Counted from the stretch's first letter, positions 47,655-57,405 are shown. The stretch is 64,000 bases of DNA from an uncultured Chitinophagales bacterium (GCA_964413685.1 CAYPSW010000004.1:65846-129845); one strand, 5' to 3'. Notes: generated by a model not told the origin, from the letters alone. Numbers and translations are program-made.

Positions 47655-48224
47655 ATGGCCAAGCAGAAAATTGATAAGAAGGGCATTATCAGGCAGTCAT
47701 TAACCGTGTTTAAAACCAAGGGATATGCAGGAGCCAGTATGGCGGATATAGCCAAAGCCTGTGGCCTGTTGAAAGGTAGTATTTATCATTATTTCCCTTC
47801 AAAAGAGATACTCTTGGAGGAAGTTATTCAGGCATTGCACGATTATTATAAAAGAGAGGTATTTGCTTTGGCGGATGACGAAAAATTGGATGCAAGAAAG
47901 AAGTTGGATCAGTTAGCTAGTATATCAACTGAAATATTTGTAGAAGAGCAGGCAGGCTGCCTGATGGCGAATATCGGATTGGAAACGGCTCATGTATTTC
48001 CCGGGTTTACAAAAATGATCCGCAATTTTTTTGAAGATTGGGTGATTTGCTTACAAAAGATATTCTCTATGCAGATGTCTAAAAATGAGGCACGCCTGCT
48101 GGCCGAGCAAAGTGTGGCGGAAATTGAAGGTTCGGTTTTATTGATGCAATTGTATAATGACAAAAGGTTTCTTGATCAGGCACATCAGCATATACTTGAC
48201 CACTTTGAAAATCATAAAATGTAA
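47655..48224 (+). CDS. TetR/AcrR-family transcriptional regulator (probable fatty-acid degradation regulator)
   Basis: 189 aa. The N-terminal HTH is GYAGASMADIAKACGLLKGSIYHYFPSKE. It is the first gene of the fad operon, 5 nt before fadN. Confidence 0.85.
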   Translation: MAKQKIDKKGIIRQSLTVFKTKGYAGASMADIAKACGLLKGSIYHYFPSKEILLEEVIQALHDYYKREVFALADDEKLDARKKLDQLASISTEIFVEEQAGCLMANIGLETAHVFPGFTKMIRNFFEDWVICLQKIFSMQMSKNEARLLAEQSVAEIEGSVLLMQLYNDKRFLDQAHQHILDHFENHKM

Positions 48225-48229
48225 ATAAA

Positions 48230-50635
48230 ATGCAAAGAAAAATTAGAAATGTTGCCGTTTTGGGTTCGGGCGTTATGGGCTCACAGATTGCCTGCCATTT
48301 TGCTAATATTGGCTGCGAAGTTTTGCTCTTAGACATTGCTCCGCGCGAATTAAATGAGAAAGAAAAGGCCAAGGGGCTTAGCCTTACTGACCAGCAGGTG
48401 AAAAATCGGATAGTGAACCAATCACTGCAAAGAGCTTTGAAAAGCAAACCGGCTCCGCTTTTCTCTAAAAGCTATACCAGTCGTATTAAAACTGGCAATT
48501 TCACGGATGATTATGCCAAAATTGCTGAAGCAGATTGGATCATTGAAGTAGTGGTAGAAAACCTCGATATTAAAAAGAAAGTTTTTGACGAGGTTGAAAA
48601 ATATCGCAAAGCAGGTACCCTGATTACCAGCAATACATCAGGCATCCCGCTGCATTCTATGCTGGAAGGAAGAAGTGACGATTTTCAAGCCCATTTTTGT
48701 GGAACACACTTTTTCAATCCACCCCGTTATCTGCGTCTTTTCGAAATTATTCCAACCCCCAAAACCAAGCCCGTAGTACTGGATTTTCTGGTGCATTACA
48801 GCGATTTGTTCCTCGGTAAAACCCCGGTTGTCTGCAAAGACACTCCGGCCTTCATCGCGAACCGGATTGGTGTATTCAGTATCATGGCCATCTTTAAACT
48901 AATGCAGGAATTAGACCTGAGTATTGAGGAAGTAGATGTTTTGACAGGACCTGTGAGCGGACGACCGAAGTCGGCTACTTTCAGAACCACCGATATTGTG
49001 GGCATCGACACCCTGATGAAAGTGGCCGCTAACACCTATGCAGCTTGTTCGGATGATGAAGCACGCGAGATGTTTAAAATCCCCGCATTTCTTGAAAAAA
49101 TGCAAGAGAAAAATTGGCTGGGTGATAAAACCGGACAGGGTTTTTATAAAAAATCAAAAGATAAGACAGGGAAAAAAATTATAGAAGCCCTCGATCTTGT
49201 CACAATGGAATATCATCCAAAATCCAAGCCCCGTTTCGAATCAATAGGTGCTGCCCGTCAAGCTGATAATTTGTCAGACAGGTTGAAAATTTTAGCCAAA
49301 GGCAAAGACAAAGCATCCGAGTTCTTCAGACAATTGTCTTACCACTTGTTCGCTTATGTCTCGAACCGAATTCCTGAAATTAGCAATGACCTCTATAAAG
49401 TAGATGATGCCTTGCGTACCGGTTTCGGTTGGGAACTAGGCCCTTTTGAGACCTGGGATGTGCTGGGCCTTGAAAAAATGTGTAGTGCCATGAAGGAAAC
49501 CGGCAATCAACCGGCACAATGGGTTGAAGATATGCTAGCTGACGGATTCAGCACTTTTTATAAAATCGACAATGGGACAAAGACTTATTACGATCAGAAA
49601 AGCAAGAAATATGTAGCTATTCCCGGTGCCGAGGCATTCATCATCCTTGATAATTACCGTGACCGGAAAGAAGTGTGGGGTAATGAGGGATGCACTTTAC
49701 ATGATATTGGAGATGGCGTTTTGAATCTTGAATTTCATACCAAGATGAACGCGATAGGTTCTGAAATTATTCAGGGAATTCACAAGGCAATCGACCTAGC
49801 CGAGAAAGATTACCGGGGTCTCGTGATTGGCAACGATGCAACGGCTTTTTCGGCAGGTGCCAATTTAGCCATGATTCTGATGCTGGCCATCGAACAGGAA
49901 TTTGATGAACTGAATATGGCTGTTTCCGCTTTTCAGAAAACTACCATGCGCACACGCTATTCGTCTATTCCAGTTGTAGTAGCTCCACACGGGCTGACCC
50001 TCGGAGGAGGTTGTGAACTCTCGATGCATGCCGATCATACACAGGCTGCAGCCGAAACATATATCGGCTTGGTTGAAGTTGGAGCCGGTTTGATTCCGGG
50101 TGGAGGAGGAACCAAAGAAATGGTGCTAAGAGCTTCTGATGAATATCAATCCGGTGAAGTTGAGTTTCCCGAATTACAGAAAAGATTTCTGGCTATTGCA
50201 CAGGCACAGGTGGCAACATCTGCAGTCGAAGCCATGGAGAAAGGAATCCTTCGACCGAGCATAGATAGTATGACAATGAACCAAAATCGGCTAATTGCTG
50301 ATGCCAAAAGAGCTGTGATTGAGTTGGATGAAGCCGGATATACACAACCGGTTCTGCGCAACGATATAAAAGTGTTGGGACGAAGTGCGCTTGGTGCATT
50401 TTTCAGTGGGGTCTATGCTTTTGGTGTTGGCCATTATGTGACCGAATATGATATGAAAATTGCCAAAAAGTTGGCTTATGTTATGAGTGGTGGCGATCTC
50501 ACCAGCCCGCAGTTGGTTAGTGAGCAATACCTGCTCGACCTCGAGCGCGAAGCTTTTTTAAGCCTTCTGGGTGAAAAGAAAACCCTGGAAAGAATTCAAA
50601 GCCTGCTTAAAACAGGAAAACCATTGAGGAATTGA
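48230..50635 (+). CDS. fadN: bifunctional 3-hydroxyacyl-CoA dehydrogenase / enoyl-CoA hydratase (FadN-type domain order)
   Basis: 801 aa. The N-terminal NAD Rossmann is VAVLGSGVMGSQIACHFA, followed by the HAD C-domain. The crotonase-like part is in the C-terminal half (GNDATAFSAGANLAMI...LTLGGGCEL). Confidence 0.88.
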   Translation: MQRKIRNVAVLGSGVMGSQIACHFANIGCEVLLLDIAPRELNEKEKAKGLSLTDQQVKNRIVNQSLQRALKSKPAPLFSKSYTSRIKTGNFTDDYAKIAEADWIIEVVVENLDIKKKVFDEVEKYRKAGTLITSNTSGIPLHSMLEGRSDDFQAHFCGTHFFNPPRYLRLFEIIPTPKTKPVVLDFLVHYSDLFLGKTPVVCKDTPAFIANRIGVFSIMAIFKLMQELDLSIEEVDVLTGPVSGRPKSATFRTTDIVGIDTLMKVAANTYAACSDDEAREMFKIPAFLEKMQEKNWLGDKTGQGFYKKSKDKTGKKIIEALDLVTMEYHPKSKPRFESIGAARQADNLSDRLKILAKGKDKASEFFRQLSYHLFAYVSNRIPEISNDLYKVDDALRTGFGWELGPFETWDVLGLEKMCSAMKETGNQPAQWVEDMLADGFSTFYKIDNGTKTYYDQKSKKYVAIPGAEAFIILDNYRDRKEVWGNEGCTLHDIGDGVLNLEFHTKMNAIGSEIIQGIHKAIDLAEKDYRGLVIGNDATAFSAGANLAMILMLAIEQEFDELNMAVSAFQKTTMRTRYSSIPVVVAPHGLTLGGGCELSMHADHTQAAAETYIGLVEVGAGLIPGGGGTKEMVLRASDEYQSGEVEFPELQKRFLAIAQAQVATSAVEAMEKGILRPSIDSMTMNQNRLIADAKRAVIELDEAGYTQPVLRNDIKVLGRSALGAFFSGVYAFGVGHYVTEYDMKIAKKLAYVMSGGDLTSPQLVSEQYLLDLEREAFLSLLGEKKTLERIQSLLKTGKPLRN

Positions 50636-50739
50636 TATAGATGAATTTTAAAAGAGAAGAGTGTATAAAAATATGATTTTTAACTGCAAAGATAATTAAG
50701 GAAATAGGACTTGATACTTTGTACAAAAAAACAAACAGA

Positions 50740-51915
50740 ATGAGAGAAGCATACATTGTAGCCGGTTTCCGCACAGCAGTTGGCAAAGCCAACCGGGGTG
50801 GATTTCGTTTTATGAGGCCCGATGATTTGGCCGTTAAAGTGATTGACCATTTACTGAAAAGTATTCCGAAACTTGACCCGCATCGTGTTGACGATTTGAT
50901 TGTAGGCAATGCTGTACCGGAAGCTGAACAGGGCTTGCAAATCGGACGGATGATATCAGTCAGGGCATTGCCTTTGGAGGTAGGAGGAGCCACGGTGAAT
51001 CGTTATTGTGGATCAGGCGTGGAATCTATTGCCATTGCCACTGCCAAAATACGCTCCGGCATGGCTGATTGCATCATTGCCGGTGGCGTAGAATCTATGT
51101 CGCTGGTACCGACTGTTGGATGGAAAACAGTACCCAATTATGAAACCTCAAAGGAACATCCTGATTATTATATGGGGATGGGATTGACAGCAGAAGAAGT
51201 GGCCCGAAAATATAAGGTATCGCGTAAAGACCAGGATGCATTTTCCTATGAATCACATCAGAAAGCTTTGAAAGCGATTAAAGAAGGAAAATTTAAAGAT
51301 GAAATTGTGCCTATTGAAGTGGAAGAAGTATTTGTAAAAGATGGAAAACGTCAAACCCGTTCCTGGGTGGTTGATACGGATGAAGGCCCTCGCGCTGATA
51401 CATCACTGGAAGCATTAGCTCGTCTCCGGCCTGTTTTTGCTGCCGATGGAACCGTAACAGCCGGCAATTCATCACAAACCTCAGATGGAGCTGCATTTGT
51501 TGTGGTGATGTCAGACGATATGGCCAAAGAATTAGGCCTCACTCCCATCGCCAGAATGATTACGGCTGCAACAGTGGGTGTTGAACCTCGCTACATGGGC
51601 ATTGGCCCGAAAGAAGCCATTCCGATTGCATTGAAACGTGCGGGATTAAAAATGGAAGACATCGACTTAATCGAACTCAACGAAGCCTTTGCTTCACAGT
51701 CGCTGGCAGTCATTCGTGAATTGGGCCTTAATGCTGACATAGTTAATGTCAACGGAGGGGCGATTGCATTAGGACATCCTCTTGGTTGCACCGGCACTAA
51801 ACTCACCATTCAGATAATCAATGAGCTGAGAAGAAGAAAAAAGAAATACGGCATTGTTACCGCCTGCATTGGAGGCGGACAAGGAGTTGCATCCATCATC
51901 GAATTATTAAACTAA
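50740..51915 (+). CDS. fadA: acetyl-CoA C-acyltransferase (3-ketoacyl-CoA thiolase)
   Basis: The ATG at 50740 gives MREAYIVAGFRTAVGKA. It carries the nucleophile NRYCGSG, NGGAIALGHPLGCTG and ACIGGGQG. Confidence 0.95.
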   Translation: MREAYIVAGFRTAVGKANRGGFRFMRPDDLAVKVIDHLLKSIPKLDPHRVDDLIVGNAVPEAEQGLQIGRMISVRALPLEVGGATVNRYCGSGVESIAIATAKIRSGMADCIIAGGVESMSLVPTVGWKTVPNYETSKEHPDYYMGMGLTAEEVARKYKVSRKDQDAFSYESHQKALKAIKEGKFKDEIVPIEVEEVFVKDGKRQTRSWVVDTDEGPRADTSLEALARLRPVFAADGTVTAGNSSQTSDGAAFVVVMSDDMAKELGLTPIARMITAATVGVEPRYMGIGPKEAIPIALKRAGLKMEDIDLIELNEAFASQSLAVIRELGLNADIVNVNGGAIALGHPLGCTGTKLTIQIINELRRRKKKYGIVTACIGGGQGVASIIELLN

Positions 51916-51928
51916 AAAACTTTCAACC

Positions 51929-53719
51929 ATGGATAATCAAAAAAGTAAAGTACTGAAGGGTGGAGAATTCCTTGTCAGGGAAAGTAGTCCTGAAAATATT
52001 TTTATCCCGGAAGAACTTAACGAAGAACAAAGGATGATCAGTGATATGGCCTCAGAATTTGTTCAAAAGGAAGTTCAGCCGCTAGTCGAAGAAATTGATG
52101 CGCAGCAGGAAGGCCTTATTCCTTCACTTATGGGAAAAGCCGGTGAACTTGGTTTGCTCGGCACGTCCGTTCCCGAAGAATTTGGTGGCTTTGGTCAGGA
52201 TTTCATCACCAATACAGCCTTAACTGTAGCCATTGGACCGAGTTATTCTTTCGGAGTGGCTTTCGCTGCCCATACCGGCATCGGTACTTTGCCGATTCTA
52301 TACTTTGGTACCGATGAACAAAGAAAAAAATACTTGCCGGGTCTCGCTAATGGTCAAACGAAGGCAGCATATTGTCTCACCGAACCCGGTTCAGGCTCTG
52401 ATGCACTGGCTGCCCGTACCAAAGCAATATTATCTGACGATGGAAAATATTATATCCTCAACGGTCAGAAAATGTTTATCACTAATGGTGGCTTTGCCGA
52501 TTTATTTATTGTCTTCGCTAAAATTGATGGTGAAAAATTTACCGGTTTCATCGTTGAAGGAAACCGGGAAGGACTGACCCGCGGGCCGGAAGAAAAGAAA
52601 ATGGGTATTAAGGGCTCATCAACAACTGCGATTTTTCTCGAAGATGTGAAAATACCCGTTGAAAATTTGCTTGGTGTTATTGGAGAAGGGCATAAAATTG
52701 CTTTTAATATCCTGAACATCGGACGCTTTAAATTATGTGCTATGTCGGTGGGCGGTTGCAAAACTGTCAGTTCAATTTCGGTAGCCTATGCTAACGAACG
52801 CAATCAATTTGGCCACCCGATTTCAGGCTTTGGTGCCATTCAATATAAGCTGGCTGAGCAAGCCATCCGTATTTTTGTTGCGGAATCGGCAACCTATTGG
52901 GCTGGTGATCTCATCAATCGGAAGGTTAAAGAAATGAAAGCCTCGGGTAGTTCTCATTGGGATTCCATTATGACCGCTGCCGAAGAATATGCTATTGAAT
53001 GTGCCATGCTTAAAGTGATGGGCTCCGAAACCCTCGATTATGTGGTTGACGAGAACGTTCAGATTCATGGCGGATATGGCTTCATTGAAGAATATCCGGC
53101 AGCAAGAACATACCGCGATGCCCGTATTAACCGGATTTTTGAAGGAACCAACGAAATCAATCGCCTCCTCACGGTGGATATGCTGCTAAAAAGAGTCCTC
53201 AAAGGGCGCCTCGACCTAATGGGGCCGGCACAGGCAGTGCAAAACGAACTGATGTCGATTCCTGATTTAGGGGGCGATGAAGATACCCGTCCTCTGGCAG
53301 CCGAACGCAAAGCCATTGCCAATGCCAAAAAGGCTGTGCTCATGGTAGCTGGAGCGGCTGTTAAGAAATTGATGCAAAAACTTGAAGATGAGCAGGAAAT
53401 TTTGATGAATGTGGCCGATATGATGATGGAAGTGTATGGCGCTGAAGCTACTCTGTTGCGTAGTTTGAAGCTCCTCGATATGAAAGGAGAAGTAACTGCT
53501 CAACCTTATATCGAAATGACTCGTGTATTTATCAGCGATGCCATGGAAAGGCTCAACCTACACGGCCGCCATGCCATTGCCTCCTTTGCCGAAGGTGACG
53601 AACTGCGCATGATGCTGCTAGGTTTAAAACGTTTCACTAAAACAGAAGTGGTGAATACCAAAGCCCTTAGAAGAAGTATTGCTGCCCGGCTCATCGAGGC
53701 CAATCAATATGCCTTTTAA
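51929..53719 (+). CDS. fadE: long acyl-CoA dehydrogenase (FadE/YusJ-like, about 600 aa class)
   Basis: 596 aa. CLTEPGSGSDA, HGGYGFIEEYPAARTYRDARINRIFEGTNEINR, plus a C-terminal extension. Confidence 0.9.
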   Translation: MDNQKSKVLKGGEFLVRESSPENIFIPEELNEEQRMISDMASEFVQKEVQPLVEEIDAQQEGLIPSLMGKAGELGLLGTSVPEEFGGFGQDFITNTALTVAIGPSYSFGVAFAAHTGIGTLPILYFGTDEQRKKYLPGLANGQTKAAYCLTEPGSGSDALAARTKAILSDDGKYYILNGQKMFITNGGFADLFIVFAKIDGEKFTGFIVEGNREGLTRGPEEKKMGIKGSSTTAIFLEDVKIPVENLLGVIGEGHKIAFNILNIGRFKLCAMSVGGCKTVSSISVAYANERNQFGHPISGFGAIQYKLAEQAIRIFVAESATYWAGDLINRKVKEMKASGSSHWDSIMTAAEEYAIECAMLKVMGSETLDYVVDENVQIHGGYGFIEEYPAARTYRDARINRIFEGTNEINRLLTVDMLLKRVLKGRLDLMGPAQAVQNELMSIPDLGGDEDTRPLAAERKAIANAKKAVLMVAGAAVKKLMQKLEDEQEILMNVADMMMEVYGAEATLLRSLKLLDMKGEVTAQPYIEMTRVFISDAMERLNLHGRHAIASFAEGDELRMMLLGLKRFTKTEVVNTKALRRSIAARLIEANQYAF

Positions 53720-53744
53720 AATATTTTGACACCCTCACCCTTAA

Positions 53745-53785
53745 AACCGGTGCTACATCTTTTTAGCTGTGGCATCGGTTTTTTC
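53745..53785 (+). terminator. rho-independent terminator of the fad operon
   Basis: A 13-bp stem, AACCGGTGCTACA / TGTGGCATCGGTT, with two G:U pairs and a 10-nt loop, followed by a T6 run. It starts 26 nt after the fadE stop. Confidence 0.75.
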
Positions 53786-53820
53786 AATTCATGGGACACT
53801 TGGCGGTCATTTCAAACAGA

Positions 53821-53862
53821 TGGAATTAGCGGGAATTGAACACGAGTCCGGTCGAGGTATCC
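53821..53862 (-). repeat. decayed duplicate of the tmRNA 3' end (acceptor/T-arm region)
   Basis: An ungapped alignment of 53821-53862 (tggaattagcgggaattgaacacgagtccggtcgaggtatcc) with 53982-54023 (tggagctggcgggagttgaacccgcgtccagtcaaggcattc) gives 32/42 identical positions. Eight of the 10 differences are transitions. The copy has the same orientation as ssrA and lies 120 nt downstream of its 3' end. Confidence 0.7.
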
Positions 53863-53941
53863 TAATAATACCAAATTATGATGGCATATGAAATTACTGT
53901 GGAAGCAGGAGAATAGTAAGAAAAAATACTTTGTTATGAAT

Positions 53942-53976
53942 AAAAAAAGGCTGCCCACTTGGGTAGCCTTTTTTTA
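53942..53976 (-). terminator. rho-independent terminator of ssrA (symmetric A-run/T-run, potentially bidirectional)
   Basis: Reverse strand reads AAAAAAAGGCTACCC AAGT GGGCAGCCTTTTTTT. It begins 6 nt after the tmRNA 3' end. Confidence 0.7.
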
Positions 53977-53981
53977 TTAAG

Positions 53982-54349
53982 TGGAGCTGGCGGGAGTTGA
54001 ACCCGCGTCCAGTCAAGGCATTCATAAGCCTTCTACATGTTTATCGAACGCTTGATTGTCGGGCAAGTGTCGGGTGAGTTCGAAGACCCAATTACTTGCC
54101 GTATCCCTTAGTTTTTGCTTCATCCCCAGGGAGACAGGATGTTGCTATTCCGGCCTTCTTATGCCTCCCGATCCGGTTGCCGGAAAACCCGGGGGAGACA
54201 ATGGTGCTTAATTCCTGGAACTAAGCAGCCATGGCGTAATTAAACTCGCCATTTAAAAGAATGATTTGATTACTGAGATTTACGAGCCAATAATCCATGC
54301 TCGACATGCTTACTTATACATGACCATGCTGTCAAAGCCGGTCAGCCCC
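53982..54349 (-). ncRNA. ssrA: transfer-messenger RNA (tmRNA)
   Basis: The reverse strand starts GGGGCTGACCGGCTTTGACAGC and ends ..GGACGCGGGTTCAACTCCCGCCAGCTCCA. The acceptor GGGGCTG/CAGCTCC and the T-arm GCGGG-TTCAACT-CCCGC are both present. The internal tag reading frame is GGC GAG TTT AAT TAC GCC ATG GCT GCT TAG (54250-54221), encoding GEFNYAMAA*. This resembles the G-E-x-N-Y-A-L-A-A tags I recall for Bacteroidota. Confidence 0.93.
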
Positions 54350-54373
54350 ATATTTTCAAAGATCTATTGATTG

Positions 54374-54381
54374 CAAAGGTA
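54374..54381 (-). promoter_or_regulatory. candidate -7 promoter element (TACCTTTG) for ssrA
   Basis: The reverse strand fits TAnnTTTG exactly, 24 nt upstream of the mature tmRNA 5' end. This implies a short leader removed by RNase P. Confidence 0.35.
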
Positions 54382-54459
54382 ATGATTTGGCTTACAAGCT
54401 CAATGCCAATGAGCAGAATCGCTATCTTTACAGTTCTTTATTTTAAAATCTTTTTTGCA

Positions 54460-55674
54460 ATGATTCAACGGAAAAAGCTTTCGATAGGTTTAATAAAAGA
54501 GGGAAAAATTCCACCAGATACCCGCGTAGCACTTACACCATCACAATGTGCTGCTTTGATGCAAAAATACCCTAAAATCAATATCAAGGTTCAAAGCTCA
54601 GCCATCCGATGTTATTTAGACGAGGAATATCGTAAAGCCGGCATCAACGTTTCAAAAGATGTTTCGGATGCAGATATCCTGTTGGGAGTGAAGGAAGTGA
54701 ATTTGGATAAATTGATAAACAACAAAACCTATCTTTTCTTTTCTCATACCATTAAAAAACAGCCCTATAATAAAAAGCTTTTGAAGACGATATTGAAGAA
54801 AAAGATTCGTCTGGTAGATTATGAACGATTGACGGATGACCATGATATCAGAGTGATTGCTTTTGGCCGGTGGGCAGGCATTGTAGGTGCCCACAATGGA
54901 TTGATGACCTATGGAATGAGGCATGGCGGTTATTCATTACCCAGAGTGAAAGATTGTCATAATTACAAGGCATTGAAAGATATTTACAAAACTGTTGAAT
55001 TGCCTCCCATTAGAATTGCTCTCACGGGAAATGGTCGGGTAGCAAAAGGTTGTGAAGAAGTATTGCAATCGCTCGGAGTAAAACGGGTAGCCCCGGAAGA
55101 TTACCTTCACCAGTCATTTGATGTTCCCGTTTATGTTGAGTTGCATGATGAACATTTGTATTACCGCAAATCAGATGGAGCTTATGATCAACAGGAATTT
55201 TTTGCAAAACCTAATTTATATAACACGTCTTTCGATCAAATGCTGGATAAGACCGACCTGATGATTAATGGCATTTTCTGGAATCCTGCCGCACCTGTAT
55301 TTTTTACCAGGAAACAAATGCTTCAACCCGGCTTTTCAATTCAGACTATTGCAGATATTACTTGCGACATTCGTGGTTCCATTCCCTCAACTTTAAGAGC
55401 TACTACCATTGCGGAACCTATAATGGGTTACGATCCGAAAACCGATACAGAATGCGAACCTTTTACACCGGATTCTATTGACGTGATGTCGGTTGATAAT
55501 CTGCCCAATGAACTTCCACGAGATGCGTCAGAAGCATTCGGGCAAATGCTTATAGAACATGTTTGGAAAGAGCTACTTAATTCCGAAAGTGAAATGATTG
55601 ATAGAGCATCTATAACGGTTGACGGCCATTTAAATCATGGTTACGAATACTTGTCGGATTACGCAGCTGACTGA
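54460..55674 (+). CDS. AlaDH/PNT-family oxidoreductase, saccharopine-dehydrogenase (lysine-forming)-like
   Basis: The ATG at 54460 gives MIQRKKLSIGLIKEGKIPPDTRVALTP.., with ..ADILLGVKEV.. and ..IALTGNGRVAKG.. (NAD-binding). The track's upstream extension (54367) runs toward the ssrA promoter and looks spurious. Confidence 0.7.
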   Translation: MIQRKKLSIGLIKEGKIPPDTRVALTPSQCAALMQKYPKINIKVQSSAIRCYLDEEYRKAGINVSKDVSDADILLGVKEVNLDKLINNKTYLFFSHTIKKQPYNKKLLKTILKKKIRLVDYERLTDDHDIRVIAFGRWAGIVGAHNGLMTYGMRHGGYSLPRVKDCHNYKALKDIYKTVELPPIRIALTGNGRVAKGCEEVLQSLGVKRVAPEDYLHQSFDVPVYVELHDEHLYYRKSDGAYDQQEFFAKPNLYNTSFDQMLDKTDLMINGIFWNPAAPVFFTRKQMLQPGFSIQTIADITCDIRGSIPSTLRATTIAEPIMGYDPKTDTECEPFTPDSIDVMSVDNLPNELPRDASEAFGQMLIEHVWKELLNSESEMIDRASITVDGHLNHGYEYLSDYAAD

Positions 55675-55677
55675 AAG

Positions 55678-56880
55678 CTACAGCAATTTTCGGCCCGGAT
55701 ATACTTTCAGGGCGGCTTCAAGGCAATCCATGGCTGCATTGAGATCGTCCATTTTCAGTACATAAGCAATCCTGACTTGATCTTTCCCTGCATCAGGGCT
55801 GGCATAAAAACCGGTAGCAGGGGCCAACATCACACTGGAACCATTCAGGTCAAATTCTTCAAGCAACCATTGGCAAAAACGATCGCTGTTGTCAATTGGC
55901 AAACGAGCCATGCAATAGAAAGCTCCCTGAGGTTTAGGACATAAGACACCGGTCATGGCCCGCAATCGGTTTACAACCAAATTTCTTCTGGCATCATATT
56001 CAGCATGAACCCCTTGAAAATAGCTTTCCTCAACATCGAGGGCAGCCTCTGCAGCTATCTGACCAAGGGTGGGAGGACTTAGCCGGGCCTGCGCGAATTT
56101 CAGTACTGTTTGCATCACTTCTTCATTTCTGGAAATCAAGGCTCCAATTCGAAGACCACATGCCGAGTACCTTTTCGAAACTGAATCCATTAATACTACA
56201 TGTTGGTCCAATCCCTCAAGATTTAACACACTGGTATGTCTCTGGTGATCATATACAAATTCGCGATACACTTCATCAGCAAAAAGAAACAGATCATATT
56301 TCAGCACCAGGTTGCGTAATTGATCGAGCTCTTCGGGCTTATACAAATAACCGGTCGGGTTATTCGGATTGCAAATCATGATGGCTTTAGTCTTGGGACC
56401 GATTAATTTTTCGAATGCGGAAACCTGAGGTAGCGCAAACCCGTTTTCTATTTTACTGGTTACAGGTTTTACCACAACACTTCCGGCAATAGCAAAGCCA
56501 TTGTAATTAGCATAAAAAGGTTCGGGAATAATCACTTCATCACCGGGATCGAGGCAAGAAAACAGGCCAAACAAAATGGCTTCAGAACCTCCCGTTGTGA
56601 CGATTACCTGATCAGGATTAAGATCAATATTAACGCTTTTGTAATATAGCAATAGTTTTCTTCTGTATGATTCAAATCCGGCTGAATGGCTGTATTCAAC
56701 TACCGTTCGGTCTGTATTTCTGATGGCTTCCAGGGCAATTTCAGGAGTCAGAATATCAGGTTGACCAATATTCAAATGGTAGATTTGTTTTCCTCTTTTT
56801 TTAGCTGCTTCAGCAAATGGCACCAACTTTCGTATTGGCGAGGCTGGCATGAACTTTCCTTTGTTTGAAATTTTTGGCAT
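55678..56880 (-). CDS. PLP-dependent aminotransferase, class I/II (Asp/Ala aminotransferase-like)
   Basis: 400 aa. ..NPNNPTGY.. and the PLP-lysine motif DSVSKRYSACGLRIG. Confidence 0.88.
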   Translation of the reverse strand: MPKISNKGKFMPASPIRKLVPFAEAAKKRGKQIYHLNIGQPDILTPEIALEAIRNTDRTVVEYSHSAGFESYRRKLLLYYKSVNIDLNPDQVIVTTGGSEAILFGLFSCLDPGDEVIIPEPFYANYNGFAIAGSVVVKPVTSKIENGFALPQVSAFEKLIGPKTKAIMICNPNNPTGYLYKPEELDQLRNLVLKYDLFLFADEVYREFVYDHQRHTSVLNLEGLDQHVVLMDSVSKRYSACGLRIGALISRNEEVMQTVLKFAQARLSPPTLGQIAAEAALDVEESYFQGVHAEYDARRNLVVNRLRAMTGVLCPKPQGAFYCMARLPIDNSDRFCQWLLEEFDLNGSSVMLAPATGFYASPDAGKDQVRIAYVLKMDDLNAAMDCLEAALKVYPGRKLL

Positions 56881-56891
56881 AATGCAAAATT

Positions 56892-56924
56892 AAAAAGCCC
56901 GCAATCAACATTGCGGGCTTTTTT
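56892..56924 (-). terminator. rho-independent terminator downstream of the DUF1573-like gene
   Basis: A 10-bp perfect stem AGCCCGCAAT / ATTGCGGGCT with a 4-nt loop. It is flanked by an A5 run and a T6 run, so it is U-tailed on both strands. Confidence 0.75.
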
Positions 56925-56940
56925 AAAATTGTAAAAATTA

Positions 56941-57405
56941 TTATTCCGGTTTTGTAATCGAATTATCATTGGTAGGTACTCCTGTATCAGCCGGTTTTTC
57001 AATTACTTCGCCCTCAAAATATAATTTATTAGGAGAGTTTACTGCATTTGAAACAACAGTGATTGGCTTTTTAAATCTGCCTACACGAGCGGCATTATAC
57101 TGTGCCGTAACAGTTCCGGTTTGCCCGGGTAAGACAGGATTTTTACTCCAATTAGTAACGGTACAACCACAAACTTTTTGCACGTTCTGAACAGTCAAAG
57201 GTTCAGTTCCGGTATTTGTAAAAATGAATTGGTAAGATACCGGCTTACCTTGAGGTACTTTTCCAAAATCATGTGTAGTTTTTTCAAAAGTAATTTTTGC
57301 ACCACTGGCTGCAGGTGTAGCATTATCTTCATTGGTTGTTTGGGCAAACGAGAGTGTGCTCAAAACACTTAATGCAATAAAAAATGTCATAATTCGCTTC
57401 ATCAT
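56941..57405 (-). CDS. DUF1573-like secreted protein
   Basis: 154 aa with a signal peptide. ITFEKTTHDFGKVPQGKPVSYQFIFTNTGTEPLTVQNVQKVCGCT fits the DUF1573 pattern recalled from Bacteroidota. Confidence 0.7.
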   Translation of the reverse strand: MMKRIMTFFIALSVLSTLSFAQTTNEDNATPAASGAKITFEKTTHDFGKVPQGKPVSYQFIFTNTGTEPLTVQNVQKVCGCTVTNWSKNPVLPGQTGTVTAQYNAARVGRFKKPITVVSNAVNSPNKLYFEGEVIEKPADTGVPTNDNSITKPE

